Source: Camelus ferus
Lineage: Eukaryota
Reading direction: 5' to 3'
DNA length: 64,000 nucleotides
Assembly: GCF_009834535.1 (NCBI RefSeq)
Contig: NC_045696.1
Span: forward strand, 112,718,001 to 112,782,000
Part shown: piece by piece, positions 25,411 to 35,668 of the stretch
Layout of the letters: each line of letters opens with the position of its first letter
Numbering within the stretch: position 1 is the first letter of the stretch
Program-made: the position numbers and the translations under genes
Notes under the pieces: model-generated
Seen by the model: the letters and a program-made list of their open reading frames with translations, nothing else
The model's database searches: none
Told to the model about the DNA's origin: nothing

Positions 25411-26064
25411 AAGTGGTCTATCTGTACATCCTCCTTTGAAGAAAATGTCAAAGTTTAAATTTAAAATCTTCCAGGAATGTGAAGCCACCTCACCATCACC
25501 ACCCACCTCACTTTCTGTGATAGACTTTGGAGAGACTTACAAGCAAACAACTTAATACGTGCACACGTCTGCAAGAATTACATAAGGAGTTGGGATCAAT
25601 TCCTGGATGTAGAAAAGCTCTAGAAGAAAAGTTCCCCATATCCAGAGAGCAGCTGTTAACACCGGAACTTCCGTCCCTGGGCTCCCCCACTCAGGCGTCA
25701 GATCCTCCAGCCACACAGGCATGGAATGAAGTCACGCCGACTGATTGCGTTCTGCAGCCCTGTAAAGGTTACTGCAAGTACGAAGGGACAGCGCTTCTGA
25801 TCATTAAGCCTCAAAATTAACTCCCCATGAAGATAAGTGAAGAAACTACGTTCCTCCTAGTAATATTATTTTAGTCTGACTGCTGATTCAGCAAAACTAG
25901 AGAGTAATTTACATTTTCAAGAAAGTTGGTGTAGGGGGAGGTAGAGAAGCCTTACTGGAAAAGGAGGCAACTTTAGGCCATGGTTTGATATCTCAAGCAG
26001 ATGGGCCAAAATAGAGTTTATTTATGTCTGTTAACTTCCAATTGCTCAGCCTCTGACCTTGGCG

Positions 26065-26270
26065 TACAACAGGTTTAGAATCAAGAAGGCTGGGCTCCCA
26101 ACCAACTTCTGACACTTCAGAGCGCTGTGACCCTGGAAAGGGCACTTGACTTCTCTGAGTTTTATTCTTCTCACCATTAAAATGGAGTCCATGCCAACCT
26201 CAGCATGCTGTGGGGTGGTGTCCTCACAGATAGAGTATGTGTAGAAGTCCAGTGGGGACTCCACCAGCCG
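26065..26270 (+). mobile_element. MIR SINE
   Basis: ctgtgaccctggaaagggcacttgacttctctgagttt...aaaatgg. Confidence 0.65.
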
Positions 26271-27572
26271 CAGGTGATGTAACCTTGTTTATTTCATCGT
26301 TAAGGGGAACGGGGCTAACCATTTCTCTGTTACTAATATTCCTTCCATCTGAATAATTCAGTTCAGATGACAAATTTTACAAACAGCTCAAGCCAAGGGC
26401 TGAAGATCAGAGTTGCTTGGTTCTTATTGCTGCAGTATTTCTGAGCCAAAATCGTTAGAACTGAAGGCTTTACCCTTAAAGCAGGACCCCTCGAGCTGTC
26501 CATTACTGAGATGAAAACGAGTTTATTAATTCAGAAACTGGGTCCATGCCCTGAACAGTCCTTCATAGCTGATGAATATAAATACTTAAGTGTGTGTGCT
26601 TATTACATACATAGTGTAACAACAATTGATGTACAGACTTGGAATGAGAAGCAACGGTCTACTGTTCCATGCTGTCACTCCAACAATTATTTTATAAGCC
26701 ATGTATTTATGAATAAATAGTTAAAATCAAGTTTAATTACAACTTGGGATTTTATTTGTATATGTAATGCTGTACTATTGGCATTTCCAGATTAAATTTC
26801 TCCCAGTAAACTTTATTAACGATCATATCTTAGCCAACAAGTAGATTAACAGCTTTTTGGAATACTTAGGCTATTTTCTTTTTCTAAGAATGCTATTTAG
26901 AGGAATAGAACAGCATTAATTATAATAGTGACAATGATGACAGTGGCTCCCAGCCAGAGATGCCACATAAACTTGTGTGGGTCAGAGGTGGCACTGCTCT
27001 GGAGGTCACCACTGAGACTTCGAGTCACCAGAGATTTACCCTTTTCTTATACCAACATTCCAACCGAGAGCAGGAAAGTGTCCGGGTAAGGACTGGCTCT
27101 ATCTAACTCTCAGGGTTAGGCTGATGGAGAGCTTGCTCCTGTTTGCTAAATCTGTACCACATGCCAGGCTCTGTTCAACGAACTGTCCCCACGTCACCTC
27201 GTGCTGTCCTGTCAACCATCCCATGAGCAGAGAGACTTGTTGTCAACCACGTTTCCCAGAAACTGAAACCGCAGTTCACTCAGTGAGCAAGCGGTGGGGT
27301 GAGGATTTCTTTCTGATTCCAGAGTCTAAGTCCACCCAGATGTGAAACTGTACGTTACACTTGATCCTAGTGAACGTCAGTGCTGTCTCCAAAGTGACAT
27401 GTTATCTACACACCAGACGGTGATTTTCTTCTCTTTCCTCAAAGGTCGAGTTACGGGGTCAAAGGGTAGGTCCATTTTCAGAGTCATATAGACCTACTTT
27501 GTCACCAATAATGCAGCTAAGTTCTACTACATCTTTTTATCCTTCATTCAGAAAATATTTATTGATTCCCCG

Positions 27573-28087
27573 TGTGGATGAAAATAATTAATAAACAATC
27601 AATAGTAAGAATAGAAAAGAGTTTTATTTGAGCCAAACTGAAGACTAGCTTGGAAGCCCACTTCCCAAATTACTCTGAGAAACTGGTCCAGAGAAACAGA
27701 GTTTTCAGCACAGTTTTATATCTTGTCAGAACAAAGAACATTAAATAAGTCAGAGATACATTTCTTCAGGGTTTCAAAGAAAAGAAAAGAAAAGGAAAAA
27801 ACAGACCAGCACATACACGTCTGGCACGTACAGTATATCCTTGAACCTGGGAAGGGAGTCTTATCATCAAGGGAGGACCAGCACTGGCGTCCCAGGAAGA
27901 AGGGCATTTAGACTTTATTTGTAACATGGACATTCTTTACTTCTGGTCAATGTGCCTTTTACTTTAATAATTAAAGCAGATGTATAATGCATGTTTGATG
28001 GGCCACAAACAGGCTAAAAAATTCAACTTAACTCATGTATAAGCCAGAATGACCTCCCTATATCTCATGTGAAAATTTCTTTTATCA
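27573..28087 (-). mobile_element. ERV1-type solo LTR inserted into an L2
   Basis: TG...CA termini, 4-bp TSD cccg/cctg, ttttatttgagccaaactg (antisense poly(A) region); L2 antisense sequence resumes on both sides. Confidence 0.75.
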
Positions 28088-28927
28088 CCTGCTGTGGTCC
28101 AGGCACTGTTCTAGGATTTAGAGAAAGAGCAGTGGGCAAATAGATCACTTTCTTGTCTTGAAGCAGCTTAAAATTAAGTGGAAAGCTGACCAACCAGCCT
28201 TGTATGCTATTATTCTGTTTCCTAATCTGGTCAGTATATGCGTTAACCTCACCATTTAGATTTACATTTTTAATAAATGGTCATGGTGAACATGGCTCCC
28301 CATGAATGTGAGCAATTGTTGCTCTAGTGTGCATGGAGGAGAGGTAGAATTGGAGCAGAAATGCAAAACGTTGCTCAGAATTATTTCCCCATTCTGGACA
28401 CTCCTATGGAACTTTGTTTATACAATATCATCCCACTTTATGATTTAGTTGCTTGTGTGAGTGTCATATCTAGAATTCCTTCAGGCACGAGTCATATTAT
28501 GTGAAACTTTAAAAAAATACAGTTCTTTTTGGGCACTTAGCATTTCTGTCAAATGAATGAAAATACTCCACGAATGACCAGTAATATCAGAGAACTGAAT
28601 AAGATGGAAAAATCTGTCATTTATTCTATACACACACATACCACACGCCTTTTATTGGGTGCCCCAATTTTTTTTAATGGAACTCTCAGAAACCATGACT
28701 TTACCCATATAATTGTTTGAGCATACAGAATATGCAATAATTTGTAATACTCTTTAGCACTGTTTCCAAATCTTGCCCTAAAATCAGTTTTGAAAGACAG
28801 TCATTCCCAGATTCCTCCGCATGGCATCTGATCTCGTTGGACTTGAAATCTTTTTTTTTTTTAACAAGTATTGCAGGTAAGTCTTACAATCAGGCAAAAA
28901 ATTTTAAAGTTACTCTTAAAAGGTGTG

Positions 28928-28935
28928 TGACGTCA
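28928..28935. promoter_or_regulatory. Full CRE palindrome
   Basis: TGACGTCA with intact CpG; a single motif only. Confidence 0.25.
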
Positions 28936-29365
28936 GACCTTTCAAGAGGTTAAAAATATGAAGAGTAGAGCGTTCCAAACAGGTGAGCAGTTTCTACTTC
29001 CCTGTTTAAAGCAGGTCTGTCAGATAAGACTCGAGGATTACCAACACACCTATTAGAAATGGATCAGATTCTACTCTGTTCTGTTGCCACCCTTAGTTTT
29101 GAAAATGGGTCCATCATGTGTCCATGTACAAAAGTAATAATTTAAATTGCCTAACAAGATAAATGCTAAATATAATAGGCATACTGTAATCAGACTAGTA
29201 TAAGGGGTTACCATACTAGAAAATGCTCTCCTGAAGACAGGATTGGAATTAAATGAATTCCGTGCTGCGAGAGGAGGCAACTTGCCTGTTTCAAGCAATC
29301 CTGTCCTGAGCTGTATACACCCAGTTCTACTCATAAACATTCAAATGTCAATAAAGCTCTGTAAA

Positions 29366-29910
29366 CCATAGCAATTTAATTCCTATGTATAACCCAGCAG
29401 AAGTTCTTTCCATGTCTCCAGACACGTCCTAGAATACAAAATACAAGAATGTGCATGCACAAAAATGTTCACAGCAACCATACTCCTAACAGCCCCAAAC
29501 TAAACACAAACCAAATGTCCAGCCACTGGAAACAGGGAAATAAACTGGAGTATATTCACACAAGGGATATGTTACAGCAGTAAAAATAAACATATTATCA
29601 CTTCAACAATATATGTGTGACTCTCACAAACATAATATTTGTGCCAAAGAAGCCAGACAGAAGAGAGGATTTATTGCACAGTTTCATTTATATGAAGTAC
29701 AAACCCGGGCTACCTAAACCGTGGGATTATCCGTCAGCAGAGTGATTGCGTGGGAAGGCTGCTCTCTGGGACGGGGCATGTGGAAGCTTCTGGTGGTAGC
29801 CCTGGATCATGGGAGTAATTTTGTGGAAATGCATTGAGTTGTACACATAATTCTTGCACATTTCTGAATGCATGCCGTATATCAACGCACCATTTACTTT
29901 CAGAAAAAAA
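29366..29910 (+). mobile_element. Old L1 (L1ME/MD-like) 3' end
   Basis: aaaaatgttcacagcaacc...aaaagaagccagacag...catttatatgaagt. Confidence 0.75.
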
Positions 29911-30739
29911 AATCTGATTATGTTTCTCCTCAAATTCTGTAGTTGTTTGTTTGTAGGGTATGGGGATTTTTTGTTGTTGTTCTGGTTATTTTCACTGATA
30001 CAGTTTCCTGCCCTACAGGGAAGAGCTCCAGAGATTCTGTACAGGAAATGTATGACAATTTTCAAATGCAGAGATTACGCCTTTATCTGCTTCCAGCCTA
30101 TTATTTGCTTTGAATGTGTTTTCCAATAATGGCCCCGTATTTGTGCTGATTCATCCGCTCCCCGCTGCCAGATCCCGGGTATGGCCATCGAGCGGAGAGA
30201 AGAGCTATAATTCATTTAGGTCGGTGGTTCTGACGAAGCCCGGGACAGGACCAAGGGGGGCTGGGCTCTCCGTCAGCCCCACCCCAGGCAGCCGTCTTGG
30301 ACAGCCGTTCCTCACAGGTCAAGGGGCCCTGTGAGTGGGCGTGTGGACAGCCCACGGAGATCACTACCTCTGGGGACAGCAAGTCTCTGAATCAAGAAAA
30401 CCACCACAAATGAAGACAGTGAACTTGGTGGCGTGATTGAGTTGAGGGGCCTTTGAAAGCTCAACGTTGGAAAACTGTCTCTATAGCAAATAAGGTGGAT
30501 GCTGCCCCCACATCTCCACCAATTCTTTTTTAACTATTTTGGCCACCTCTCCCAACCCTTTGTTGTGCTTTTCCGTCCAACAGCCAGCACCTACGGTTCT
30601 TCCCCACAGGAATCTGGGGGTTCCCGGAGCTGCTTCCCCAGCATTTACAGAGAGCTTAAAGTCTGGAAACATACCCCCCCTGCAGGGCAGCCCCGCAGGG
30701 ACCCGCCCCAGCTTCCGAGTCTCTGCTTAGAAGACCCCC

Positions 30740-30965
30740 CAGGCAGGACTAGGGCAAAGGTAAGGTGAGGGGGGATACAAATTAAGGGGCACCAAAACAC
30801 TCCATAATCAAAAGAAGTTGTATTTCAATGCAGTATTTTAACAAGTCAGAAAGAATGTAAAAATCCATGATGACCAAAATAACAAAATTGTAAATAAAGA
30901 CAGGATCAAGGGTTGCTGATTTTTCCCATTGCCTCAGCTTCTGGTGTGGTTCTACACAGCGCCAT
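30740..30965 (+). mobile_element. MER96B-like hAT-Tip100
   Basis: caggcaggactaggg start; aaaatccatgatgaccaaaataacaaaattgtaaataaagacaggatc. Confidence 0.7.
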
Positions 30966-31132
30966 GCCGAGGTATAACACACTCCAGACGTCTCTCCCTC
31001 TTTGCGGAGAGAGAGTGTGATTGGGGGTTTTGTTTTGCCTCATGGAAATTAAACCTCTTCCTGGCCTACCATCGTCTTGTTTTCTCAGCTCCACGTGATT
31101 TCCAAAGGGTCGGCTCCTAGAAGTGCCTGCGC

Positions 31133-31719
31133 AGGATGCCTCCCAGGATCCCCTCCTAGAACCACCTCCCAGGATGCCTTCCAGGACCACCTCCCAGGAT
31201 GCCTCTCAGGACCACCTCCCAGGACTGTCTCCCAGGATCCCCTCCTAGAACCACCTCCTAGGATGTCTCCCAGGACCACCTCTCAGGACCACCTCCTAGG
31301 ACCACCTCCTTGGACCACCTCCCAGGATGCCTCTCAGGACCACCTCCTAGGACCACCTCCCAGGACTGCCTCCCAGGACTACCTCCTAGGATGTCTCCCA
31401 GGACCACCTCCCAGGACCACCTCCCAGGACCACCTCCCAGGATGTCTCCCAGGACCACCTCCCAGGACCGCCTCTCAGGACCACCTCCTAGGACCACCTC
31501 CTAGGATGTCTCCCAGGACCACCTCCTAGGACCACCTCCCAGGACCACCTCCCAGGACCACCTCTCAGGACCACCTCCTAGGACCACTTCCCAGGATTTC
31601 TCCCAAGACCACCTCCTAGGACCACCTCCCAGGACTGCCTCTCAGGACCACCTCCTAGGACCACCTCCCAGGATACCTCTCAGGACCACCTCCCAGGACC
31701 ACTTCCCAGGATGCCTCCA
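31133..31719. repeat. Minisatellite, 46 units of AGGACCACCTCCC (13 bp) with 12-bp AGGATGYCTCCC-type variants
   Basis: Units parsed by hand from the sequence. Confidence 0.97.
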
Positions 31720-32685
31720 AGGCCTGCTTACTCTGAGCCCTTCTCCTGGTCAGTGTGCTGATCCACCAGGACTACTTTTCACTGATGTTGTACTTCCTGT
31801 GGTCTTTCTTTCTTCTAGCAATAATTTTAGTTCAGTCTCCTTTTTTTTTTTCTTTCATGTAGTGGGACGCTCACACCTCCCACCTGACTCTGACTCAACC
31901 TGAGGGAAAGTTTCTATGGAAATCGGTATTTTGTTTTCTACCCCCAGGTAACGTGGAGGCATTGGACTTGTGTAATCTTATTTCCCTTGTTAGTTAGTGT
32001 CATCATGAAGATATTTGGAGAGATTTAGATTTAGTCAGTTGCCATTTTCTTGGGCCTCCTGAGGCTCGCCCCCAGTTTTGACCCCTTATGGAGGGTCTGC
32101 AAAACGCAGGACCCCCACCCACGCAGCTGCCCCATTTTTCACCTTTTCCCTGGACACTTTCTCCTGTCCCCAGGCTGACAACATCAGAAGCAGAAAATGT
32201 GAAGCAAAGAAGAGAGTGTAGATCTTAACATTCAAAGAATAAGATCCCTTTCACAGAAAATAATAACCTTCCCTAAAAATATTGTACAATTCATTACAAT
32301 TCATGAAGCTGCGCTATGAAAATCAAAACCCCATCACATAAAAACTCTAACTACACATGTAAACAACTACAGATCTAAGTGGAGTATAATGTCAGATTCA
32401 TGCCTTTAAATTTATTTCATTACTAGCTATATGGTAGCAGATGAAATGCGGAGATGCTGGAGGCAAGAAATGACAGCATCAGTTTCCTGGTTCACAATGT
32501 ACATTTAAGGTGCCATCTCCTGGTGAGAGCATTTCTATACCTCTAAACCATAGCATGCCTTTTATCTCTGATTGTGGGCTGGAACAGGCTGTAATAATGG
32601 CATCTGGTCTATGAATTTGTAAAATAAATATGAAAACATTCAAAAGTCCTTTGCTATTATTTAATCAGTTAAAAATCTGAGTCTT

Positions 32686-32885
32686 GTCAATAAGCTTTGT
32701 GAATTACACGGATGTTAAGTTCCTGGTTTTGATAGTGCCCTATGGTGATGCAAGATGTGACCATGGCAGGAGGCTGGGTGACAGGTACAAGAAGCCTCCT
32801 TGGACATATCCTGGCTATTACCTGTGTATCTATAATTATTTCAGAAAAGCATGTTAAAAGTTTCAAAAACAGAAACAACAAAAAA
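32686..32885 (+). mobile_element. L1MC/MD-like 3' end
   Basis: ttcctggttttgatagtg...caagatgtgaccatgg...tctataattatttcagaa. Confidence 0.75.
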
Positions 32886-33191
32886 GGTTTTTCTAGCTCT
32901 ACAGGAAAAGCTTTCGGTATGAAAGACAGGGTGGCACTCATTACCTGTGATCTAAGAGGCAAAGTGTACAGACATGTTGCCCAACGAGCTAAATTCCACT
33001 GCAGGCAATGTCATCTATGAATGCCCCATAAATTAAGCTCCATGTGCATCTGAGAAGCTGATCTGCCCTGATACCCAGTGCTACATGAATGGCTGTATCA
33101 ACTGGCCTGGGACCCCTCATCTCAACTCTGACCTGCCATGTCAGTAAACCTTTCTGAGCATGCCTGAGGAATTGTTCAGTTGTTATTGGTG

Positions 33192-34295
33192 TGTGACAGG
33201 CTGAATAAAAGCCCCCAAAGGTATCAGGTCCTAGCCCCCAGAAACATCAGTATTACCTAGTGTGGAAAAAGGGTCTTTGCAGATTTGAGTAAGGATCTTC
33301 AGGTGGGAAGATCACCCTGGATTTTCTGAGTGGGCCCTAAGTGCAGTCATGGGTATCTTTATAAGACAGAGCCTGATGGAGATTCCACACAGGCATACTC
33401 AGGGAAGAAGGCAATGTGAAGACAAAGCTGGCCTTGAAGACTGAAGTGATGCAGCTACAAACCAAGGGATGATGGCAGCTACCAGATGTGGGAGCCCATG
33501 ATTGGGTTAACAAATTGTAACAGACCCCAGCCACTTGTCACCTTTAAAAAGACCAAATGTGCTTAATAACTGGTTTGCTAGCAGGCACCTGTGCATCCAC
33601 ACTCCTGTCTCCTTGCTGCGAAAAGCAGAGACAATGCCTTGCTTGATAGTTGAGGGTTTAGGTAGCACTCTGCTCATTGCAAAGCAATGACCCATGCCCT
33701 CAGATATAAACACTGGGCGTTCTTCCTGCTGTTTAGATAGTCTGTTATCCCCAAGACAAGGAACTGGCTGGTCTGGTGGTCTGCTTTGCAATTAACATCT
33801 TATATCTAAAGAATGTACCTTGTTCCCCTCTCCCCATGACTTCCCTAAAGATAAACTAAGCCTTTGTACTCATTGTGGATTCTACGATCTCGATCCCATC
33901 CTGTCTTTCCCTAAGTGCCTGTATTCCATCTCACAACTATTGGTGATTTTTTCCTTTGATTTTACATAATAAATGTGGGAACATTTGAGAGGCTCGTGGA
34001 GTTGGTCCCTGACTCCGTCTCACTCTCTTGACTTTCCACAGAGTCTCGAGTAATTCATTCCATCTTGGTGGGACTTCTGCCAGACAGAACCTACAACCAG
34101 AGGCTGGAAAAGACAAGGAACAGATTCTCCTCTTGAACCTTTAGAGAGAGCACGGTCCTGGGGACACCTTGATTTCCACTAAGTAATAAGGATTTTGGAA
34201 TTCTGGCCTGAAGAACTGTAAGAAGATACATTTTTGTTGTTTTAAATCACCACATTTGTGATAATTTGTTACAGCAGCCAAAGGAAACTAATCCA
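33192..34295 (+). mobile_element. MaLR LTR (MLT1C/D-like), split by a nested LTR
   Basis: tgtgacaggctgaataaaagcccccaaag start; resumes at accagaggctggaaaagacaagg; ends ggaaactaatcca. Confidence 0.88.
33487..34095 (+). mobile_element. ERV2/betaretrovirus-like solo LTR (609 bp)
   Basis: TGTGGG...CCTACA termini, exact 6-bp TSD accaga (33481-33486, 34096-34101), TATAAA near 33705, AATAAA near 33968. Confidence 0.75.
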
Positions 34296-34388
34296 GGATG
34301 GGAAGGAGTTTGCTGCAGCTGCACTGATCCTGAATTGAAGAGGGGACCTTTGGACACTGCAGAAGCATCACTAGATGGGGAGTCAAGG

Positions 34389-34799
34389 TGTTGCCAAAGT
34401 GGCCTCTGTGCCCCCATTACTGAATTGAGACTCGAGGACAGAATTTTGGATGAAGTAGAAAAGGCATCTTTATTTCTTTGCCAGGCAAAGATGGTCACAG
34501 AGGGCTAATGTCTCCAAGACTGTGAGCCTGCTGGGGAGAGAAGGAAGGGAGTTTTATAGTAAAAATTCAAGAGTTCAAGGGACAGTGCTGGTGTCCATAG
34601 AAATTGCATACAGGGTAACAAATTGTTGCAAAGTCATTCTTGTTTTTGCAGATGAAGGGGGCCCCTTCCTTTTGCTGGGTATGATGTTTTCCCCTGGATT
34701 TGGGACTCTCCTACTATTCTTGTGTCTGGAACAAAGGGTGCTAAGGAAGGGGGTCTTTGTAAAAGTGCTCCATAGAAAAACTTGTGCATTTTAAAGTCA
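34389..34799 (-). mobile_element. ERV1-type LTR (antisense, end uncertain)
   Basis: tgttgcc start; tttatt (AATAAA on minus) and ttttata (TATA on minus) in LTR order. Confidence 0.6.
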
Positions 34800-35165
34800 G
34801 GTTGATATATGCTACTAGCATTTTAGACAGACTGAGGTCTGAGACCTCTTGCTGCAGTGTTTGCACAGGCTGGGATGTGCACTTCAAACAACAGAATGCA
34901 AAGAAACCACAAGGAGCTAAAAATAAATGCATGTTTGAGCAATTAGAGTGAGTTATTATAAACAACAGGATACAGAAAATTGAAACCCAACTGCCATTTC
35001 TGAGGTGTCAGGAGTGAGAACAGGGCACTAGGGGCAAAAGGAGGGCACTGAGCATGATCCCTACATGTAGCACCATGATGGGGTTGGGTAGACCACCCAA
35101 GCCTCACTTCTCTACAGCCCAACCCTTGCTGGCAAGAGCAGGAGAAAAGCCACCTAAACTCTTAT
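34800..35165 (+). mobile_element. ERV1-type LTR fragment (MER41-like artiodactyl family)
   Basis: tgaggtctgagacctcttgctgcag...aaaccacaaggagctaaaaataa...acccaactgcca resembles artiodactyl ERV1 LTR U3. Confidence 0.55.
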
Positions 35166-35499
35166 ACAATTAAGCAGTTGCACATACCATATGGTCACTG
35201 ATGACACTAGGGTCTTGCTTGGTTACAAAAGGACTTACTTTCTTATTGATTTCTTAGGTCCCTTGACACAAAGATACACATATATTACCAAATTCTGCAT
35301 CTGTTGTAACTTCAATGCTCAGTGGGAAAGGAAAAAATGAGTCTTCTAAAAGAAAGTGTCTTTTTTATCTCATATTGCAATAAGCACATTCGAATGCTAA
35401 TTAAAGTCCCATTTTATTCTGCGATATCCCATGTATGTAATCTAATTAGTTCCAAACTGCCCTCCCCGTTTCTCGTTATGTTGACATGATGTTTTCTAG

Positions 35500-35668
35500 A
35501 GCACTGCAACTCAGAATGTGATTCAGGGACCAGCAGCATGGTCATCACCTGGGAGTGGGTAGAAATGCAGAATCTCAGGCTCCACCCAGAACTGCTGAAT
35601 CAGAACCTGAATTTCGACAAGATCCCAGGTGACTGCATTGTGCACATTAAAGTTTGAGAAGCTCTGCT
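35500..35668. mobile_element. MER5A-type hAT-Charlie
   Basis: gaccagcagcatggtcatcacctggg...agaaatgcagaatctcaggc...aagtttgagaagc. Confidence 0.85.

Noticed and set aside
31077..31529. 150-aa Pro/Thr-rich ORF and overlapping antisense ORFs
   Set aside because: These are translations of the minisatellite; 12/13-bp units shift frame and there is no gene context.
31133..31719. CRISPR-like array or PRDM9 hotspot motif
   Set aside because: The units are head-to-tail with no unique spacers and the DNA is mammalian. CCTCCC-AGGA-CCAC is one base longer than the human PRDM9-A motif, which is species-specific anyway.
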